Origin: Mycoplasma haemocanis str. Illinois
GTDB lineage: Bacteria > Bacillota_I > Bacilli_A > Mycoplasmatales > Mycoplasmoidaceae
Assembly: GCA_000238995.1 (NCBI GenBank)
Contig: CP003199.1
Location: 414,673-438,672, forward strand
Length of the DNA: 24,000 bases
Direction of reading: 5' to 3'
Shown here: piece after piece, positions 20,129 to 24,000 of the stretch
How the letters are laid out: the number at the start of each line of letters is the position of its first letter
Numbering within the stretch: position 1 is the first letter of the stretch
Made by a program: the position numbers and the translations under genes
Notes under the pieces: generated by a model
Seen by the model: the letters and a program-made list of their open reading frames with translations, nothing else
What the model was told of the DNA's origin: nothing
Database searches by the model: none

Positions 20129-20725
20129 ATGTCTGTTAATTCATTTCTATCAAAAGATAAGGACTTAAAGTATTGTGAGTTAAGGGACGTATGCAAGATA
20201 TGTGTTGGCATTTCTTTTAAGAGTGGCTCTTACAGAGATAAAGGTTTCCCGCTTGTTAAGGTTAGAAATATACAGGATGGCCAGATAACCTTGAATAACT
20301 TGAATTATTGTAATCCTGATGATTATCCCCACTCTGAGGTCATCAGATATGGAGATGTTGTTATGGCTAAAGACGCCTCTTGTGGAAAGGTAGGGATTAA
20401 TCTAACTGATAAAGAATTTCTTTTTGATAGTCACGTTGTCAAGTTTGTTCCGGATGAGAAATTCCTAACTAGACGTTATCTTTATCACTTCCTATTAAAT
20501 AAACAAGATGAAATTAAAGAGATGGCGCGAGGATCTGCTCTTCTCGGAATTAGGAAGTCAGAGTTAGAAAGATTTAGAATTCCTGTTCCTTCCTTGGAGG
20601 TTCAGGAAAAGATCTCTAGTACTCTGGATAAATTTAGAGAGATAGAAAGAGAGATAAATCTAAGGGATAAACAGTACGAATACTACAGAAATTATTTGAT
20701 TACAGGCTCTCGAAGCAGTCAGTAG
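20129..20725 (+). CDS. hsdS: Half-size hsdS, copy S4, A-type helix (198 aa)
   Basis: ATG 20129 (MSVNSFLSKDK...) matches the S2 and S6 N-termini and lies 5 nt after the S3 stop. The C-terminus is PVPSLEVQEKISSTLDKFREIEREINLRDKQYEYYRNYLI. Confidence 0.8.
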   Translation: MSVNSFLSKDKDLKYCELRDVCKICVGISFKSGSYRDKGFPLVKVRNIQDGQITLNNLNYCNPDDYPHSEVIRYGDVVMAKDASCGKVGINLTDKEFLFDSHVVKFVPDEKFLTRRYLYHFLLNKQDEIKEMARGSALLGIRKSELERFRIPVPSLEVQEKISSTLDKFREIEREINLRDKQYEYYRNYLITGSRSSQ

Positions 20726-20747
20726 GGGGGGTTTATTTTAGGTTCTT

Positions 20748-21338
20748 TTGGAGAATATTAAAGAATATAGCTTGGGAGATATTTGCGTGGTGCGTAAAGG
20801 TCTTTCTTTCAAAGAATCACATTATTTAGAAAGCGGAACTCCCGTTCTTAAGAAAGGAAATATAAAAGTTGGTAAGGTAAATAATGAGAGTCTGTTCTAT
20901 TGTGATGAAAGGAATCACAAGGTTTTAGATACACATAGAGTCAGGTATGGTGATGTCGTCATAACCAATTTAGATCCCCAAGCCGGAAGGGTTGGAATTA
21001 ATTTAACGGATACAGAATTCATATTGTGCGGGGAAGTTTTCAAGTTGGAGCCTAATCCAAGGATTTTAGATAGAAAGTACTTGTATTATTTCTTAGTAAA
21101 TTTCCCCCATAAGATAGAACAACTGCTAACTTCTTCAAATGTTGTTAGGCTTCGTGCGTCTTCCATTGAGAAATTTAAAATAAGGGTGCCGGATTTAGAA
21201 ACTCAAAGGAACATAGTCAAACAGTTGGATACATTTCAGGAACTAAGGGAGGAACTGAGGATGCGAAAATCGCAGGGAGTTTATTACAGAGACAAGATTA
21301 TGCGATATTTACAGGATTGTTCATCTGCTAAGAAGTAG
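20748..21338 (+). CDS. hsdS: Half-size hsdS, copy S5, B-type helix (196 aa)
   Basis: TTG start, MENIKEYSLGDICVVRKGLSF. The C-terminus is PDLETQRNIVKQLDTFQELREELRMRKSQGVYYRDKIM. Collinear with S3 and S7. Confidence 0.8.
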   Translation: MENIKEYSLGDICVVRKGLSFKESHYLESGTPVLKKGNIKVGKVNNESLFYCDERNHKVLDTHRVRYGDVVITNLDPQAGRVGINLTDTEFILCGEVFKLEPNPRILDRKYLYYFLVNFPHKIEQLLTSSNVVRLRASSIEKFKIRVPDLETQRNIVKQLDTFQELREELRMRKSQGVYYRDKIMRYLQDCSSAKK

Positions 21339-21340
21339 TT

Positions 21341-21949
21341 ATGTCTTTTAAATCGTTTCTTGCTGAGGGAGAAAGTGTGAAACATCTTGAATTAGGGGAT
21401 GTGTGCAAGATCAGTACTGGAAAGCATTTCAAGGATTATTCATTTACCAATTTAGGAATGCCGATCATAAAGGCTGGCAATATAAAAGATGGATATGTGA
21501 GTGATACTAATCTCACTTATTGTGATCCCAAGGATCATGTAGGGACTGATACTGTCAAATATGGAGATATTGTGGTTGTTAAATATGGGAGTATAGGAGT
21601 TGTTGGAATAAATCTCCTAGACCAAGAATTCTTTTATGGAATTCAGATATTTAAACTTGCCGCAAACAAGTCGATCATTCATGAAAAGTATCTTTATCAC
21701 TTCTTATTAAGTCGTCAAGAGGAAATTAAAGGCTTAGTTCGAGGATCAACGATACCCGGAATTCGAAAATCAGAATTAGAAAAGATAAGGATTCCAATTC
21801 CCTCTTTGGAAGTTCAGGAGAAGGTTGCAAATACTTTAGATAAATTTAGGGAGATCGAAAGGGAGATCGAAAGGGAGATAAGTCTTCGTGATAAGCAATA
21901 TGAGTACTACAGAAACCATCTAATTATGAGTTCTCACGACAGAAAGTAG
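21341..21949 (+). CDS. hsdS: Half-size hsdS, copy S6, A-type helix with one extra EIER unit (202 aa)
   Basis: The ATG lies 2 nt after the S5 stop. The C-terminus is LDKFREIEREIEREISLRDKQYEYYRNHLI. The other A-type copies have REIEREI at this position. Confidence 0.8.
   Translation: MSFKSFLAEGESVKHLELGDVCKISTGKHFKDYSFTNLGMPIIKAGNIKDGYVSDTNLTYCDPKDHVGTDTVKYGDIVVVKYGSIGVVGINLLDQEFFYGIQIFKLAANKSIIHEKYLYHFLLSRQEEIKGLVRGSTIPGIRKSELEKIRIPIPSLEVQEKVANTLDKFREIEREIEREISLRDKQYEYYRNHLIMSSHDRK
21851..21879. repeat. 12-bp in-frame tandem duplication: GAGATCGAAAGG x2 plus partial GAGAT
   Basis: Read directly at 21851-62 and 21863-74 (identical). The S1 paralog has the same sequence with a single full unit. 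Confidence 0.9.
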
Positions 21950-22021
21950 TTCTTGAATTTAATTAAGCTTTTAAGTGTCCGCTTTCTTTCTTTCTTCAAT
22001 AGAAATTAGAATTAAATAGTT

Positions 22022-23563
22022 ATGGTGTCTAAGGATGTTGCCAATAAGATCTGGTCTGCATGCGATAAACTACGCAGCAACATGGATGGGCCAGAAATGA
22101 AAAACTACATCTTACCCATTATGTTCTATCGTTTTATATCTGAGAAGATTTCCCAGTATGTAAACGATAATTTTGAAAAGGAAGATGCAGATTATTCTTT
22201 GTGGGAATCTGACAAAGCCAAAAAGATAAAGAACTCTTTAGTAAAGGGATTGGGCTGTTCTTTATTGCCTATCCATTTATTTCAAAATCTTAAAAAAGAC
22301 ATAGATGGCGATCTGAAAGAAGGAATTTTGGATTTGGGGAAGAAATTAAGCGAGGCTTTTGCTTATCTGGAAGAGTCATCTTTAAATACGTCTAGTGCCT
22401 CTAATTTCAGAGACTTGTTGGTTAATACTAATTGGAATGATGTTAAATTGGGAGGCACCCTAATCAAGAGGAATGAGATTATTGCAGATCTAGTGAACAT
22501 TGTTAACGAGATGGAATTTGGCAAGGATTATGAAGATAATTTGGGAGATGTTTATGAATTCCTAATTGCTAGGTATGCTTCCAATGGGGGCAAGAAAGGG
22601 GGAGAATTTTATACTCCGGCAAGAGTGTCTGAGCTGCTATCTAGAATAGTTATTTTTGAAAAAGAGAAAGTATCTAAAGTCTATGATCCTACTTGCGGAT
22701 CAGGTTCTTTGTTGTTGAAGTTTATGAAGATATACGGAAGAGATAAAAGGGTAAAGATTTATGGACAGGAGAATAACGTAACCACTTATAACTTATGTCG
22801 AATGAATATGTTTATTCATGAGATGTCCTTTAATGACTTTGACATATGCTTGGGAGATACTTTGGAGGAACCATGTTTAACTCATGAAGAGGGTATGTTT
22901 GATGTAGTTATTTCTAATCCCCCTTATTCTTTAAAGTGAAAGAGTGATAACGATAAACGAATAGCTAACGATTCAAGATTTAGAGATCAAGGGGGTTTTG
23001 CCCCCAAAGATAAGGCTGATTTCGCCTTTATACAACATGCTTTAAGTAGGTTAAAAACTGACGGAGTGGCAGCTATAGTGTGCTCTACAGGTATCCTTAC
23101 TAGAATGGGAAGGGAGGAGAATATACGGAAATTCTTAATTGAGAATAATTACGTGCATGCTGTTATTCATATGGCCAAGGACTTATTTTATGGAACCGGG
23201 ATTGAGACAGTTATTTTGGTTTTAAAGAAGGGAAAGTTGGATGATAGAGTTCTGTTTATAGATGCAACTCAGAAGTTTATAAAGGCTTCTAATAAGAATG
23301 ATCTTTCTTCAGAAAATGTGGAGGAGATTTTAAGGCTTTATAGAGACAGGAAGAGTGAGGAGTTCCTATCTTATCTTGCTTCTAATAAGGAAGTAATAGA
23401 TAATAAGTATGATCTAGGAGTTAAGGCATATGTGAAGCGAAGAATTGAAAAGGAGGAGGTGAATGTTAAGGAGTTGGTTTCAGATATAAAGAAAAGTGTG
23501 GAGAAGATAAATTCCTTGAGAACAGAGATAGAGGAGATGTTTGATTCAATGTTATCGGAGTAG
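22022..23563 (+). CDS. hsdM: Type I R-M DNA methyltransferase subunit HsdM (513 aa, one internal TGA)
   Basis: Track ORFs 22022 and 23066 share one frame. HsdM N-terminal domain is IWSACDKLRSNMDGPEMKNYILPIMFYRFISEK. SAM-binding motif is DPTCGSGSLL. The catalytic motif NPPYSLKW ends in a Trp encoded by the TGA. Confidence 0.9.
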
Positions 23564-23568
23564 TTTGA

Positions 23569-24000
23569 ATGTCGGTTTTCAAAGAGTATCGTTTAGGGGA
23601 GATTTGTAAAGTTTGTAGAGGAATTTCATTCAAGGACTCCCATTATTTAAAAAGTGGGACTCCAGTTCTTAAGAAGGGAAATATCAAGGGCGGTAACGTA
23701 GTCAAGGAGAATTTGTTTTATTGTGATGAAACGAATCATAAAATCTCCGATTCTCTTAGAGTTAGATATGAAGACGTTGTAATAACTAACTCTGCACCCC
23801 ACCCAGGAAGGATTGCCATTAATTTAACAGACTTTGAATTTATATTGAGTGCACATGTTTTTAAGTTGGATCCTAATCCCGAAGTCTTGGATAGAAAGTA
23901 TTTGTATTACTTTCTTATGAATTCTCCCCAGCAGGCAGAACGGATGATCACTGTTAAGAATGTTTCTGCTATCAATGTGTCTTCTGTTGAGAACTTTGAG
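23569..24000 (+). CDS. hsdS: Half-size hsdS, copy S7, B-type (3' end runs past the window)
   Basis: The ATG lies 5 nt after the hsdM stop. MSVFKEYRLGEICKVCRGISFKDSHYLKSGTPVLKKGNI... is collinear with S3 and S5. Confidence 0.75.
   Translation, partial: MSVFKEYRLGEICKVCRGISFKDSHYLKSGTPVLKKGNIKGGNVVKENLFYCDETNHKISDSLRVRYEDVVITNSAPHPGRIAINLTDFEFILSAHVFKLDPNPEVLDRKYLYYFLMNSPQQAERMITVKNVSAINVSSVENFE

Noticed and set aside
21982-21996. (CTTT)x3.75 tract in the 72-nt spacer upstream of hsdM, considered as a possible promoter-spacing switch.
   Set aside because: It has only about 3.75 units. The nearby -10-like TAGAAT (22007-12) has no convincing -35 in the tract (TTCTTT). This is too weak to claim.
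18264-24000. The roughly 600-bp periodic repetition could be a CRISPR-like array or an invertible shufflon.
   Set aside because: The repeated units are full protein-coding hsdS paralogs rather than short repeats and spacers. All are in the same orientation, with no inverted repeats and no recombinase gene in the window.

Overview
This window reads as a low-GC Mollicutes (Mycoplasma-like) chromosome segment that uses genetic code 4 (TGA = Trp). Every conserved gene here (pcrA/uvrD, glyQS, dnaG, rsmH, hsdM) is split in the standard-code ORF track only at TGA. Each rejoins in a single frame once TGA is read as Trp. Left to right the window holds: the rplS 3' end and trmD. A tightly packed minus-strand operon (766-8378) follows. 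It has a 240-aa hypothetical, a CPPC thioredoxin, an ECF-S-like membrane protein, and two tandem paralogous N-anchored proteins of about 910-936 aa. Next come tRNA-Arg(UCG), ppa, an exported thioredoxin-fold protein with a DsbA-type CPHC motif, pcrA/uvrD, convergent rsmH-mraZ with phased GTGG repeats upstream of mraZ, glyQS, dnaG, three orphan ORFs, and rpsT-rpsU. The most unusual part is 18264-24000. With no intergenic gap after rpsU lies a Type I restriction-modification specificity array. It has seven co-oriented half-size hsdS genes, each with one target-recognition domain (TRD) and one coiled-coil helix. The helices fall into two classes arranged around a single hsdM, and no hsdR and no recombinase is visible. 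One hsdS is frame-shifted inside a 10-bp x4 tandem repeat whose copy number would switch it ON or OFF. Another carries an extra 12-bp (EIER) unit in its coiled-coil spacer. No CRISPR array, rRNA or mobile element was seen.
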